A stretch of DNA of 64,000 nt from Parafilimonas sp. (lineage in GTDB: Bacteria; Bacteroidota; Bacteroidia; Chitinophagales; Chitinophagaceae): the NCBI GenBank assembly GCA_017856455.1, contig JAFMEZ010000001.1, forward strand, positions 10,439 to 74,438. Reading direction: 5' to 3'. Position 1 is the stretch's first letter. Each line of letters begins with the position of its first letter. This document shows, in pieces, positions 19,335 to 30,139 of the stretch. The notes under the pieces were generated by a model, which had not been told where the DNA came from, searched no databases, and saw only the letters and a list, made by a program, of their open reading frames with translations. The translations under genes were made by a program, and so were the position numbers.

Positions 19335-22145
19335 ATGTCAGAACTTGATCATATTGAAGTCGTAGGTGCAAGAGCACATAATCTGAAAAATATTGATATC
19401 AATATTCCTAAAAACAAATTAGTAGTCATTACTGGAATTAGTGGTAGCGGAAAATCATCGCTTGCATTTGATACGATTTATGCTGAAGGGCACAGAAGAT
19501 ACATGGAGACATTTGGTACTTATGCCCGACAATTTATGGGAGAAATGGAGCGTCCGGATGTAGATAAAATAAGTGGACTCTCTCCTGTCATTTCCATTGA
19601 ACAAAAAACTACAAATAGAAATCCAAGGTCAACTGTTGGAACAGTGACAGAAGTTTATGATTTCATGCGTTTATTATTTGCAAGAGCAAGTGAAGCATAT
19701 TCTTATCAGACTGGTAAGAAAATGGTGAAGTTCACCGACGAAGAAATTCTTGCAGACATTTATAAAAAATATGCCAATAAGAAAATCACAATGCTGGCTC
19801 CCATTGTAAGAGGACGAAAAGGGCATTACCGAGAATTATTTGAAGAGACCCGTAAAAAAGGATTTGTAAAGGTTCGTATTGATGGAGAGATAAAAGACTT
19901 GGTGCCAAAGCTCCAAGTTGACAGGTATAAGATTCATGACATTGAATTGGTGGTAGATAGATTGGTTGTTAATGATGAAATGCGGCTGCGAATGCTCCAG
20001 AGTATTCAACAATCGCTTCAAATTGGTAAGGGACTTGTATTTGCATTGGTTCATGAACCGGATAAATTGGTTCAATACAGCAAAAAATTGATGTGTGCAG
20101 ATACGGGCATATCTTATGAAGAACCATCACCGAATACTTTTTCATTCAATTCTCCTTATGGTGCTTGTCATGGTTGTAAGGGTCTTGGTCAGCAACACAC
20201 AATAAATATTGAAGCAGTAATCCCAGACAAATCTCTGTCTATTGCAGAGGGAGGGATCCTCCCATTGGGTGAAGCAAGAGATGCATATTTCTATAAAATT
20301 GTAGAACAGCTATCTAAAAAACACAAATTCAGTTTAAAAACTCCAATCGAAAAACTACCATCATCAATATTGAATCTTATTCTTTATGGAAATGAAGAGG
20401 GTGAAATTATTGAAACTGAAGTAGATGAAAATGAAGCATCTTATGAAGGAGTTGCTTCAATGATTATTCGTTGGTTCAGTGAAAGTTCTAGTGAAGGCAT
20501 TAGAGAATGGGCGGAAAAATTCATGACATTAAAATCATGTAGTGTTTGCAATGGCACGAGGTTGAAGCGTGAGAGTCTTTTTTTCAAAGTTGATGATAAA
20601 AATATTGCAGAATTATCAGCCTTAAATCTTCATTTTTTGTTTCAATGGTTTGAAGATTTAGAAAAACGACTAAGTCAAAAACAACAAGTCATTGCAAAAG
20701 ACATTTTAAAAGAAATCAGCGCTAGACTTGGATTTTTATTAAATGTTGGTTTGGGTTATCTTTCACTAGATCGTCCAACAAGAACCTTGAGTGGTGGAGA
20801 ATCCCAGCGGATCAGATTGGCCACACAAATTGGTTCGCAACTTCAGGGCATTACTTATATTTTGGATGAACCTTCAATTGGACTTCATCAAAGAGACAAT
20901 CAACAACTGATTGAGGCTTTGCAAAATCTTCGTGACATTGGGAATAGCGTATTGGTCGTAGAACATGATAAAGATATAATGCTTGCTGCTGATCATCTCA
21001 TTGATGTTGGTCCCAAAGCAGGTATCCATGGTGGTAAAATTGTTGCTGCTGGCACTCCTGCGCAGGTTTGCAAGTCCTCTTCTGAAACTGCACTTTATCT
21101 GAATAATAAAAAGAAAATTGAGGTTCCTTTAGAACGAAGAACAGGAAATGGTAATGCATTGGTGTTGAAGGGTGCAACTGGAAACAATCTAAAGGGCATT
21201 GATGTCACTATTCCTTTGGGAACATTTGTATTGGTAACTGGGGTAAGCGGGAGCGGGAAATCAACACTTATCAATGAAACACTTTATCCAATTTTAAGCA
21301 AGCATTGCTACGATTCGAATATTGATCCCATGCCATTTAAAAAAATTAGTGGCTTGGAACATATTGATAAGGTCATTGAAATTGACCAATCACCGATTGG
21401 CAGAACTCCGAGAAGTAATCCAGCGACCTATTGCAATTTTTTTACTGATATCAGGCAGTTGTATGCAGCTGTACCGGAAGCAAAAATCAGAGGGTACAAT
21501 GCGGGTAGATTTTCTTTTAATGTAAAAGCGGGAAGATGTGAAGTTTGTGAAGGAGGTGGATTAAGAGTTATTGAAATGAATTTTTTACCTGATGTGTATG
21601 TTCATTGTGAGAAGTGTAATGGGAAAAGGTATAATAGAGAAACATTGGAAATCCGTTATAAGGGAAAGTCCATCAGTGATGTTTTGGATATGACAGTGGA
21701 TGAAGCAGTTGAATTTTTTCAACACATACCTTATGTGTACAGGAAGATAAAAGTGCTTCAGGAAGTTGGATTAGGTTATATAACACTTGGACAATCAGCT
21801 GTAACATTGAGTGGAGGAGAAGCTCAGCGCGTCAAATTGTCTACAGAGCTTGCAAAGAAAGATACTGGTAAAACATTTTATATCCTCGACGAGCCTACTA
21901 CTGGTTTGCATTTTCAGGATATCAATTTATTGCTCAATGTGTTGAACAAATTAGTAAATCGGGGCAATACAGTTTTGGTGATAGAACATAACTTAGATGT
22001 TATAAAAGTTGCTGACTATATCATTGATTTGGGTCCAGAGGGAGGCCAAGGAGGAGGACAGTTGTTGTACCAAGGTGAGCCGAAGGGTCTGCTAAAAGTA
22101 AAAGAAAGTTATACCGCTAAATTTTTAAAACCAGAATTAGCATAA
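19335..22145 (+). CDS. uvrA: Excinuclease ABC subunit A
   Basis: GARAHNLKNI, two Walker A motifs (GISGSGKSS, GVSGSGKST), two LSGGE signatures, zinc fingers. Confidence 0.99.
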   Translation: MSELDHIEVVGARAHNLKNIDINIPKNKLVVITGISGSGKSSLAFDTIYAEGHRRYMETFGTYARQFMGEMERPDVDKISGLSPVISIEQKTTNRNPRSTVGTVTEVYDFMRLLFARASEAYSYQTGKKMVKFTDEEILADIYKKYANKKITMLAPIVRGRKGHYRELFEETRKKGFVKVRIDGEIKDLVPKLQVDRYKIHDIELVVDRLVVNDEMRLRMLQSIQQSLQIGKGLVFALVHEPDKLVQYSKKLMCADTGISYEEPSPNTFSFNSPYGACHGCKGLGQQHTINIEAVIPDKSLSIAEGGILPLGEARDAYFYKIVEQLSKKHKFSLKTPIEKLPSSILNLILYGNEEGEIIETEVDENEASYEGVASMIIRWFSESSSEGIREWAEKFMTLKSCSVCNGTRLKRESLFFKVDDKNIAELSALNLHFLFQWFEDLEKRLSQKQQVIAKDILKEISARLGFLLNVGLGYLSLDRPTRTLSGGESQRIRLATQIGSQLQGITYILDEPSIGLHQRDNQQLIEALQNLRDIGNSVLVVEHDKDIMLAADHLIDVGPKAGIHGGKIVAAGTPAQVCKSSSETALYLNNKKKIEVPLERRTGNGNALVLKGATGNNLKGIDVTIPLGTFVLVTGVSGSGKSTLINETLYPILSKHCYDSNIDPMPFKKISGLEHIDKVIEIDQSPIGRTPRSNPATYCNFFTDIRQLYAAVPEAKIRGYNAGRFSFNVKAGRCEVCEGGGLRVIEMNFLPDVYVHCEKCNGKRYNRETLEIRYKGKSISDVLDMTVDEAVEFFQHIPYVYRKIKVLQEVGLGYITLGQSAVTLSGGEAQRVKLSTELAKKDTGKTFYILDEPTTGLHFQDINLLLNVLNKLVNRGNTVLVIEHNLDVIKVADYIIDLGPEGGQGGGQLLYQGEPKGLLKVKESYTAKFLKPELA

Positions 22146-22673
22146 ATGGAAAGAGTAATCATAGACATGGATGAAGTCATTGCAGATCCCATGGGTGATA
22201 TGGTCGAATGGTATGAGACAAAATTTGAACAGAAAGTTGACTATGATCAAATGCGAGAAGGCTCTTGGGTGAGAGGATTTCCAGAACAGCACAGGAAATT
22301 GGTACTTGATCGTTTGTACAGTGAGGGATTTTTTAGAAATCTTCCTGTAATGGATGATGCACAGGATGTTTTAAAGGAAATGAATAAGCGTTATGAAATA
22401 TTTATTGTTTCAGCCGCAGTAGAATTTCCTAATTCTCTCAAAGACAAACATGATTGGCTGTTAGAGCATTTTCCATTTTTTACTTGGAAACAATTGGTCT
22501 TGTGCGGTGATAAGCGAATGATACATGGTGATTATATGATCGATGATCATGTAAGAAATTTGGTTCACTTCCCTGGCAAGAAATATTTATATGCTGCTTT
22601 TCACAATAGAGAAATCGAAGGTTATGATCGCATACATGATTGGAAGCAAGCCGCTACCATTTTTTTAACATAG
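22146..22673 (+). CDS. 5'(3')-deoxyribonucleotidase (NT5C, HAD family)
   Basis: DMDEVIAD HAD motif I, FFRNLP, K..WL, MIDD. Confidence 0.88.
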   Translation: MERVIIDMDEVIADPMGDMVEWYETKFEQKVDYDQMREGSWVRGFPEQHRKLVLDRLYSEGFFRNLPVMDDAQDVLKEMNKRYEIFIVSAAVEFPNSLKDKHDWLLEHFPFFTWKQLVLCGDKRMIHGDYMIDDHVRNLVHFPGKKYLYAAFHNREIEGYDRIHDWKQAATIFLT

Positions 22674-22678
22674 CTTTA

Positions 22679-23128
22679 TTATTTTCTAAGCATTTTGATA
22701 TGCTCGATCCCATCTTCAAGGTAAACTTCGCTGCACTGCTCAAATCCAAAGCCCTCGTAAAATCTCTTCAAATACAATTGAGCTCCGATTTTTATAGACT
22801 TACCCGGGTACATTGAAATTGTTTCCTCGATAGCTTTTTTCATCAGCGCCTTTCCAGCACCAGTTCTTCTTGCAGTGGCAGAGGTAATGACCCTGCCGAT
22901 AGATGGCTCTTCGTAAGCGAGTCCAGGGGGAAGGATTCTAACATATGCGATAAGTTCGCTATCAGATCGACCCTGTAAGTGCAGTGATTTTGCGTCTAAA
23001 TTATCCATATCCAAAAAGACACAATTCTGTTCTACAACAAAGACCTCACTTCTTAGTCTTAATATTTGGTATAATTCAAAGGGATTTAACTCCGCGAATG
23101 CTTTTAGGGTCCAAATAATATTATTCAT
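22679..23128 (-). CDS. elaA: ElaA-family GNAT acetyltransferase
   Basis: LRLRSEVFVVEQNC, IGRV, GAQLYL, YLEDGIEH. Confidence 0.9.
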   Translation of the reverse strand: MNNIIWTLKAFAELNPFELYQILRLRSEVFVVEQNCVFLDMDNLDAKSLHLQGRSDSELIAYVRILPPGLAYEEPSIGRVITSATARRTGAGKALMKKAIEETISMYPGKSIKIGAQLYLKRFYEGFGFEQCSEVYLEDGIEHIKMLRK

Positions 23129-23186
23129 CCTGCAAATTTATTTCAAACGTTTCAAAAGGATATTGATTTAATTTTGAAAATAAAAA

Positions 23187-25298
23187 ATAGCCTCTAAAAT
23201 TTCCATATTATCAAATCCAATCGAATACTTAAAGGGAGTTGGTCCATTGAGGGCCGACATGCTCAAAAAAGAGTTGCAGATTTTCACATTTGAAGATTTG
23301 CTATTTTATTTTCCCTTTAAACATATAGATAAAACGCAGATACATACGATTGCGAGTATTTCTCCTTCCATGGAATTTGTACAAATAAGAGGGAGAATAG
23401 TATCAATGGATATCGTGGGTGAGAAAAGAGGAAGGAGATTGGTTGTGCAATTGAGAGATGCAACCGGAATCATAGAATTAACTTGGTTCCAAGGGATCAG
23501 TTGGGTACAGAAAATGCTAACTGTGGGAACTGATTATGTTGTGTTTGGAAGATTATCATTTTTCTTGGGTAAACCGCAATTGTCTCATCCTGAAATTGAG
23601 ACTTTAAAAGAAAGCAATGAGACAGGCAAAAATTTTCTAGAGCCCATTTATTCAGTCACAGAAAAATTAAAAGCCAGAGGCTTAAATGGTAGGGCACTAG
23701 GGAAGTTGATGTATCAACTCTTTCTGGTATTAGAAGAGAAAGAAATTGGAGAAAATATTCCATCGGCTATTTTGCAGCATGAAAAATTATGTTCAAGATG
23801 GACTGCCATACAGCAAATTCATTTCCCCAAAAATAATCAGCAGTATGAGGCAGCTGTTCAACGGCTTAAGTTCGAGGAATTATTTCTTTCTCAATTGAGA
23901 TTAGGGATGATGCGTTCTGCGCGTCATCGTTATTCCAGGGGAGTATTGTTTTCAAAAGTTGGGTCCAATTTTAATGATTTTTTCAGCAACTATCTTCCGT
24001 TTCCATTGACAGCTGCTCAAAAAAGGGTGTTGAAGGAAATAAGAAAAGATATGGGGAGCGGAGCTCAAATGAATCGTTTGCTTCAAGGTGATGTTGGAAG
24101 TGGTAAAACTATTGTTGCTTTAATGACCATGCTGATTGCATTGGATAATGGTTTTCAGTCATGTATTATGGCTCCAACCGAAATACTTGCTAATCAACAT
24201 TACGATCAATTTTCATCATTGCTTGCTCCTCTGGATATCAAAATTGCACTACTAACTGGTTCAACAAAAGCAGCAGAACGAAAATCCATATTAAAAGGAA
24301 TACTTGAAGGGGAAATAAATATTATTATTGGCACACATGCTTTGATTGAAGATGTTGTTCAATTTAAAAACCTTGGACTAGCAGTTGTAGATGAACAGCA
24401 CAAATTTGGAGTGGCACAAAGAGCAAAATTGTGGAAGAAAAGCAATGTGCCTCCTCATATGTTGGTGATGACTGCAACACCAATTCCTCGTACATTGGCG
24501 ATGACTGCTTATGGTGATTTGGATTATAGTGTAATCGACGAATTCCCTCCCGGAAGAACACCCGTTACAACTGTTCATCGCTTGGATGATGCAAGACCTC
24601 AGGTAATGGATTTTATCAAATCTGAAATTGTAAAGGGACGTCAGGTATATTTTATTTTTCCTTTGATTGAAGAAAGTGAGAAGTTACAATATGAAGATCT
24701 TATGCGAGGTTATCAGAATGTAAAAGCATGGTTTCCTGAACCACAGTATTGGATCAGTATGGTACACGGGAGAATGCCGTCTGATCAAAAGGAAATCAAC
24801 ATGCAACGATTTGTAAAAGGCGATACCCAAATCATGGTCAGTACTACTGTGATTGAAGTAGGTGTCAATGTGCCAAATGCATCAGTGATGGTTATAGAAA
24901 GTGCTGAAAAATTTGGATTAAGTCAATTGCATCAATTACGCGGAAGGGTTGGAAGAGGAAGTGAAAAAAGTTATTGTATTCTGCTCACTGGCAATAGTAT
25001 AGGCAAGGATGCCAAAGAGCGGGTCTCCATCATGTGCAAATCAACCGATGGATTTAAAATTGCAGAAAAAGATCTCGAATTGAGAGGTCCGGGTGATATT
25101 CAAGGAACTCGTCAGAGCGGGGCCCTCAATTTTAAACTTGCCGATATTGCACAAGACAGAGAAATTTTGGAGCGCGCCAGACAGATTGCAGAAAGATTGT
25201 TGAAATCAGATCCAGATCTTATTAAAACTGAGCATTCGCCATTAAAGCAGTATTTGCAGTCGCAAAATAGCGGAACGGTTTGGGGTAAAATATCCTGA
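23187..25298 (+). CDS. recG: ATP-dependent DNA helicase RecG (start uncertain: ATA 23187 or ATT 23199 versus TTG 23247)
   Basis: QGDVGSGKT, DEQH, TATPIPRT, QLRGRVGRG, DLELRGPG; the frame is open upstream of 23247 and encodes PIEYLKGVGP. Confidence 0.97.
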   Translation: MASKISILSNPIEYLKGVGPLRADMLKKELQIFTFEDLLFYFPFKHIDKTQIHTIASISPSMEFVQIRGRIVSMDIVGEKRGRRLVVQLRDATGIIELTWFQGISWVQKMLTVGTDYVVFGRLSFFLGKPQLSHPEIETLKESNETGKNFLEPIYSVTEKLKARGLNGRALGKLMYQLFLVLEEKEIGENIPSAILQHEKLCSRWTAIQQIHFPKNNQQYEAAVQRLKFEELFLSQLRLGMMRSARHRYSRGVLFSKVGSNFNDFFSNYLPFPLTAAQKRVLKEIRKDMGSGAQMNRLLQGDVGSGKTIVALMTMLIALDNGFQSCIMAPTEILANQHYDQFSSLLAPLDIKIALLTGSTKAAERKSILKGILEGEINIIIGTHALIEDVVQFKNLGLAVVDEQHKFGVAQRAKLWKKSNVPPHMLVMTATPIPRTLAMTAYGDLDYSVIDEFPPGRTPVTTVHRLDDARPQVMDFIKSEIVKGRQVYFIFPLIEESEKLQYEDLMRGYQNVKAWFPEPQYWISMVHGRMPSDQKEINMQRFVKGDTQIMVSTTVIEVGVNVPNASVMVIESAEKFGLSQLHQLRGRVGRGSEKSYCILLTGNSIGKDAKERVSIMCKSTDGFKIAEKDLELRGPGDIQGTRQSGALNFKLADIAQDREILERARQIAERLLKSDPDLIKTEHSPLKQYLQSQNSGTVWGKIS

Positions 25299-25353
25299 TT
25301 ATTAACAAGTCCTAAGGCTTTAAACCGTTAATTTTATTGCTAGTCTTAATACT

Positions 25354-28300
25354 GTGCTGAAGCGATTATTCATATCGATTTGTTTAATAGTTTTTTCTGC
25401 AACAACACACTTGTTGGCTCAGTCCTTTTATGCTATAGATTTTATTGAGAACAAAGGTCAATGGGCGGGTGATTTTCAATTCAAATCTGTTCAAGGGGCA
25501 AGTACAATTTTCTTTAACAAAAAAGGATATGTCGTTACAAAAATTGATGACGAGAGTTTTAATCATCTCACCCATAATAGTGTATCAATCTTTGATAAAA
25601 TTTCAACTGCAGATTCGATTGAGATGAATAGCAAGTCATTCACAACTTCCATTCAAAAAGAAGTCATCAAGTCGCACAGTTATGAAGTCTCTTTTGTAAA
25701 CAGCAATGATGAATCTGATTACAGAGCTACAAAGATGAGTCAGGAAGTTGCTAATTACTTTATTGGTGGTGATCCTCGCAGATGGAAGACTGATGTAAGG
25801 TCTTACTATGAAATTATCAAAGAATCTATTTACAATGGTATAGATGCAAGATTTTACTCATCATCTAATGGTGGAATAAAATATGATTTAATCATCGCTC
25901 CCAATGCAGATCCTTCAGTTGTAAAATTGAAGTACAAAGGTGTTGAGAGTCTTAAAATAAAATCTGGAGCACTGCTTATTAAAACATCTGTAGGAGAAAT
26001 CAAAGAATTAGAGCCTTATGCGTATCAAATTATTGATGGGAATAAGGTTTTAGTTAAGTGTAATTATTCGGTAACAAAAGATGTCGTTGCTTATCAGCTT
26101 GGTGCATACAACAAAAACTATCCATTGGTCATAGACCCAACTCTTGAGTTTTCGACATATACAGGAAGCAAGAGCAATAACTGGGGATTCTCTGCAGCTC
26201 CTGGTCCGGATGGAAGTTTATATGCTGGTGGGATAGTATTCGGATCTCAATATCCAACTTCTCTTGGGGCGCTTCAAACTACTTTTAAGGGTGGAACAGG
26301 GCAATCATTTGGTTCAAATAATTCAATCGGAGGTGTTGATATTGGTTTGACGAGGTTCAGCAGCGATGGAAAGCAAAGAATATTTTCTACTTATATCGGT
26401 GGAAGTGGTGATGAATATCCGCACAGTATCATTGTTGATGGTTCAGGTAATGCAATAGTGCAAGGTAGAACTTCAAGTAAAGAAAGTGATTTTCCATTTC
26501 CAGTAACGTCATCTGGGACTTTAAAATATGGCCCATTGGGTGGCGCATCAGATATTTATGTTATCAAGATTTCAGCTGATGGAAAATCTGTCATTGGAAG
26601 TATTTTAATTGGCGGTACTGAAATGGATGGTGCAAATACCAATGCACAAATGTCTGTTTCGCCATCAACATTGGTATATAATTATGGTGATCACTCAAGA
26701 AGTGAAGTTATTTTAGATAAAAACAATAATGTACTTATTGCTTCATCAACACAGTCGGATGATTTTCCTGTTTCCACTGCACTCTCAAGCAAGTTTGGTG
26801 GAGTTCAGGATGGAGTAGTAATTAAGTTAACACCAAATCTTTCTAATATTATTTTTAGCAGGTATCTGGGTGGCAGTAAAGATGATGCTGCATTTGTACT
26901 TTCTATTAATCCAACAAATGATGAAATATACGTAGCTGGTCCAACCATCAGCACTGATTTTCCTGGTGATAAAACAGGAGTTGAATCACCTAGTTATAAA
27001 GGCTCAGTTGATGGATTTATTTCTATATTAAGTCCTACTGGTGTTTTGCGTAAAACGACATATCAAGGAACAACTGCTACAGATTTTATATATGGTATTC
27101 AGTTCGACAAATCTGGTTCCCCTTATACTATGGGCATCACACTTGGTAAATGGCAGAAGATAAACGCAAATTATGGTAATGACAATGCAAAGCAATTCAT
27201 TACAAAGATGGATCGTGAGTTGACTAAATTTGAATACACAACTGCATTTGGAACATCAAGTGCGAAGCCAAACATTTCACCGGTTGCATTTTTGGTTGAT
27301 AGGTGTGAGAATGTTTATGTTTCTGGTTGGGGTGGTAAAATGAATTTATGCAATCCTGGTCCATATGATACACAAACAGTTGGAACAGCAGGAATGGATA
27401 TTACTCCAGATGCAATTCAGAAGTATACCGATAACAAAGATTTCTACTTCATCGTAATTGAGAAAAATGCAGATAAGTTGTTATATGGATCATTTTGGGG
27501 ACAAAGCGGAGGCGAAGTAGATCATGTTGATGGCGGTACTTCAAGATTTGATTCAAAGGGAGCTATTTACATGTCCATTTGTGCCAACTGTTTCGGCAAT
27601 AGCGCATGTCCACGTAGCAGCAGCAACGCAGGTGATCCGATTACCAAAAACATGATTGTATCAGCAGGAGCAATTTCTCCCACCAATGCTGCATTGCCAA
27701 ATGGCTGTAATCTTGCAGCAGTAAAAATAAATTTCTCTTTTGATGGAGTCGACAATGGAATCAAATCTGCCATCAATGGTGTTTATGATACAAGTGGGTG
27801 CGCACCGTTAGATGTAAAGTTTTATGATACTGTTGCGATGGCTAAAACTTATATATGGGATTTTGGTGATGGTACTAAAATTGACACCACTGCAGTGCCA
27901 GAAATCTTGCATCGATATAATGTAACAAAAGATACTTCTTTTAGAGTGAAGCTTGTATCTATTGATGAAAACAGATGCATCACAAGAGATAGCTCATACA
28001 TGCAGATCAAAGTAGGTATTAATGAAGTTGAACTTAAAGCATCTGCTGAACGTATTGGTGATTGTTCTAGTGGGAAATATTCATTACGCAATTTGTCTAT
28101 ATCCAAACAAGGGAAACCATTTAATTCAAAATCATTTGTTTGGATCTATGATGATAAATCAAAACCGGATACTGCCGGATTAAATGATATTATACATGAT
28201 TTTACACCAGGGTTACATAGGGTTTGGTTAAAATTACTTGATGTAAATTTTTGTAATCAGTATGATTCAGTTCCAGTAGACATATATGTATTCTCCAGTA

Positions 28301-29064
28301 TCAAAGCAGATTTTACGCTGAGTAAGGATAGTATTTGTTTGGGAGAGGATATTGGACTGACCAATAAAAGTATTGGCGGGGTAAGCTTCCTTTGGACTTT
28401 TGGCAATGGTCAAACATCAACCACGTATGCTCCAGCCAGACAGCAGTATCAAACAGCTGGTGTAAAGACTTTAAAGTTAGTGGTAAGAGAAAATAGTCCG
28501 GGTTGTAATTTGGCCGACAGCGTTACTAAGCTATTAACTGTGATTGAAGCACCAGTTGCAAAATTTGACTATACGCCAAAACCACCAGTTGAGAATGCAC
28601 CATTTACATTCATCAATCAAACTACTGGGGCAACTGCTTATAATTGGAATTTTGGTGATGGATCTAACTCTTCACTCACTCAACCCATCCATCAATATGG
28701 CAAAACATTCACATTTGATGTTATACTTACTGCATATAATCAGTTTGGTTGTACCGATACAGCAAGCTTGATCGTAAAACCACTCATCACAGAATTGCTT
28801 GAAATACCCAATGCATTTACTCCAAATGACGATGGTAAAAATGATATTTTCTTGCCCAAGATATTTGGAATAGATGACATGAATTTAAAAATCTATAATA
28901 GATTCGGACAATTGGTGTTTGAGTCATACAATCCAAGTTTTGGGTGGGATGGAAAATATTTGGGGGTTGCTCAGCCAATTGATGTGTATGCTTATACATT
29001 AATTGTAAAGTTTGCTGATGGAAGAACTGAGTCTAAAAAAGGAAGTATAACTTTATTGCGTTAA
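25354..29064 (+). CDS. T9SS type-B CTD surface protein (SBBP-like propeller plus PKD domains)
   Basis: FIENKGQW N-domain, STYxGG repeats, WDFGDG/WTFGNG/WNFGDG PKD motifs, C-terminal IPNAFTPNDDGKND...KGSITLLR. Confidence 0.9.
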   Translation: MLKRLFISICLIVFSATTHLLAQSFYAIDFIENKGQWAGDFQFKSVQGASTIFFNKKGYVVTKIDDESFNHLTHNSVSIFDKISTADSIEMNSKSFTTSIQKEVIKSHSYEVSFVNSNDESDYRATKMSQEVANYFIGGDPRRWKTDVRSYYEIIKESIYNGIDARFYSSSNGGIKYDLIIAPNADPSVVKLKYKGVESLKIKSGALLIKTSVGEIKELEPYAYQIIDGNKVLVKCNYSVTKDVVAYQLGAYNKNYPLVIDPTLEFSTYTGSKSNNWGFSAAPGPDGSLYAGGIVFGSQYPTSLGALQTTFKGGTGQSFGSNNSIGGVDIGLTRFSSDGKQRIFSTYIGGSGDEYPHSIIVDGSGNAIVQGRTSSKESDFPFPVTSSGTLKYGPLGGASDIYVIKISADGKSVIGSILIGGTEMDGANTNAQMSVSPSTLVYNYGDHSRSEVILDKNNNVLIASSTQSDDFPVSTALSSKFGGVQDGVVIKLTPNLSNIIFSRYLGGSKDDAAFVLSINPTNDEIYVAGPTISTDFPGDKTGVESPSYKGSVDGFISILSPTGVLRKTTYQGTTATDFIYGIQFDKSGSPYTMGITLGKWQKINANYGNDNAKQFITKMDRELTKFEYTTAFGTSSAKPNISPVAFLVDRCENVYVSGWGGKMNLCNPGPYDTQTVGTAGMDITPDAIQKYTDNKDFYFIVIEKNADKLLYGSFWGQSGGEVDHVDGGTSRFDSKGAIYMSICANCFGNSACPRSSSNAGDPITKNMIVSAGAISPTNAALPNGCNLAAVKINFSFDGVDNGIKSAINGVYDTSGCAPLDVKFYDTVAMAKTYIWDFGDGTKIDTTAVPEILHRYNVTKDTSFRVKLVSIDENRCITRDSSYMQIKVGINEVELKASAERIGDCSSGKYSLRNLSISKQGKPFNSKSFVWIYDDKSKPDTAGLNDIIHDFTPGLHRVWLKLLDVNFCNQYDSVPVDIYVFSSIKADFTLSKDSICLGEDIGLTNKSIGGVSFLWTFGNGQTSTTYAPARQQYQTAGVKTLKLVVRENSPGCNLADSVTKLLTVIEAPVAKFDYTPKPPVENAPFTFINQTTGATAYNWNFGDGSNSSLTQPIHQYGKTFTFDVILTAYNQFGCTDTASLIVKPLITELLEIPNAFTPNDDGKNDIFLPKIFGIDDMNLKIYNRFGQLVFESYNPSFGWDGKYLGVAQPIDVYAYTLIVKFADGRTESKKGSITLLR

Positions 29065-29068
29065 TCAG

Positions 29069-30088
29069 TTGAAATATATTCTTACATATCTGTTCATTTT
29101 TTTTAGTGCTGGATGGTTTCAATCTACTGCGCAAGACTTGCGTTTTTCTCAATTTTTTAATACTCCACTTTCGACCAATCCTGCAAATACTGGGTTCCTG
29201 CCAAGCTCAGATTATCGATTGGGTGCACATTATCGCGAACAATGGGCTTCTATACCTGTGCCTTATACAACAATGAGTGTATATGGCGATTTTCAGGTAT
29301 TGCGAAATCTCATTTCAACTGGTTGGTTTGGAGTAGGGGGATTGATATTTCAAGATATGGCTGGATCTGGAACATTAAGGTCCACTAAAACATATGCATC
29401 TGTTGCATATCATCAGATGTTGGGGAATGTAAGTTTACTTTCAGCTGGATTTAACATGGGATTTGTGGGCAAAAGAGTAAATACTGCAAATTTGAGATTT
29501 GGAGATATGTGGGATGGAAAATTTTTTAATGGCCCAACGAGTGAAATTTTAATCAACAATGCTGTAAACTATCTCGATCTGCAGGCTGGTTTGAATTATG
29601 CAATATTTCCATCTGAAAATATCTATGTTCACATGGGTGTAAGCATGCATCATTTGAATAAACCCAAAGAGTCGTTTTTCTCTTCATCACTCAATAATGA
29701 TAATGTAGTTCAGCCCCGATATATATATTTCGCAGATGCGGTTATCAAAGCAAATGAACAAGTCATATTTTCACCTGGAGTTTATTTCACGCATCAAGCT
29801 AAAGCTTCTGAATTTGTAGGCGGACTCCATTTGAATTATAATGTAAGTGGAAACGGGCAACAACAACTTATACTTGGTGCTTACATGCGTCCTGGTGATG
29901 CCATCATCCCCATGCTAGGTTATCAATGGAAAAACTTCAAATTCAGTTTTACATATGATGTAACCACATCTTCATTGAAAAACTTCAATAATGGAATGGG
30001 TGCTACTGAGATGTACATGCAGTATAATGGCCTGTATACATTGATGTATGCTGATCGCCAGAGCTTTTGTCCTGTTTTCAAAAATTAA
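29069..30088 (+). CDS. PorP/SprF family T9SS outer-membrane protein
   Basis: QDLRFSQF, NPANTG, YREQW, FTYDVTTS; directly follows a type-B CTD gene. Confidence 0.92.
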   Translation: MKYILTYLFIFFSAGWFQSTAQDLRFSQFFNTPLSTNPANTGFLPSSDYRLGAHYREQWASIPVPYTTMSVYGDFQVLRNLISTGWFGVGGLIFQDMAGSGTLRSTKTYASVAYHQMLGNVSLLSAGFNMGFVGKRVNTANLRFGDMWDGKFFNGPTSEILINNAVNYLDLQAGLNYAIFPSENIYVHMGVSMHHLNKPKESFFSSSLNNDNVVQPRYIYFADAVIKANEQVIFSPGVYFTHQAKASEFVGGLHLNYNVSGNGQQQLILGAYMRPGDAIIPMLGYQWKNFKFSFTYDVTTSSLKNFNNGMGATEMYMQYNGLYTLMYADRQSFCPVFKN

Positions 30089-30139
30089 TTCCTTTCTCTT
30101 TTCAGGGCTATTTCCGAAATTCGTAGTAAATAAAATTGA

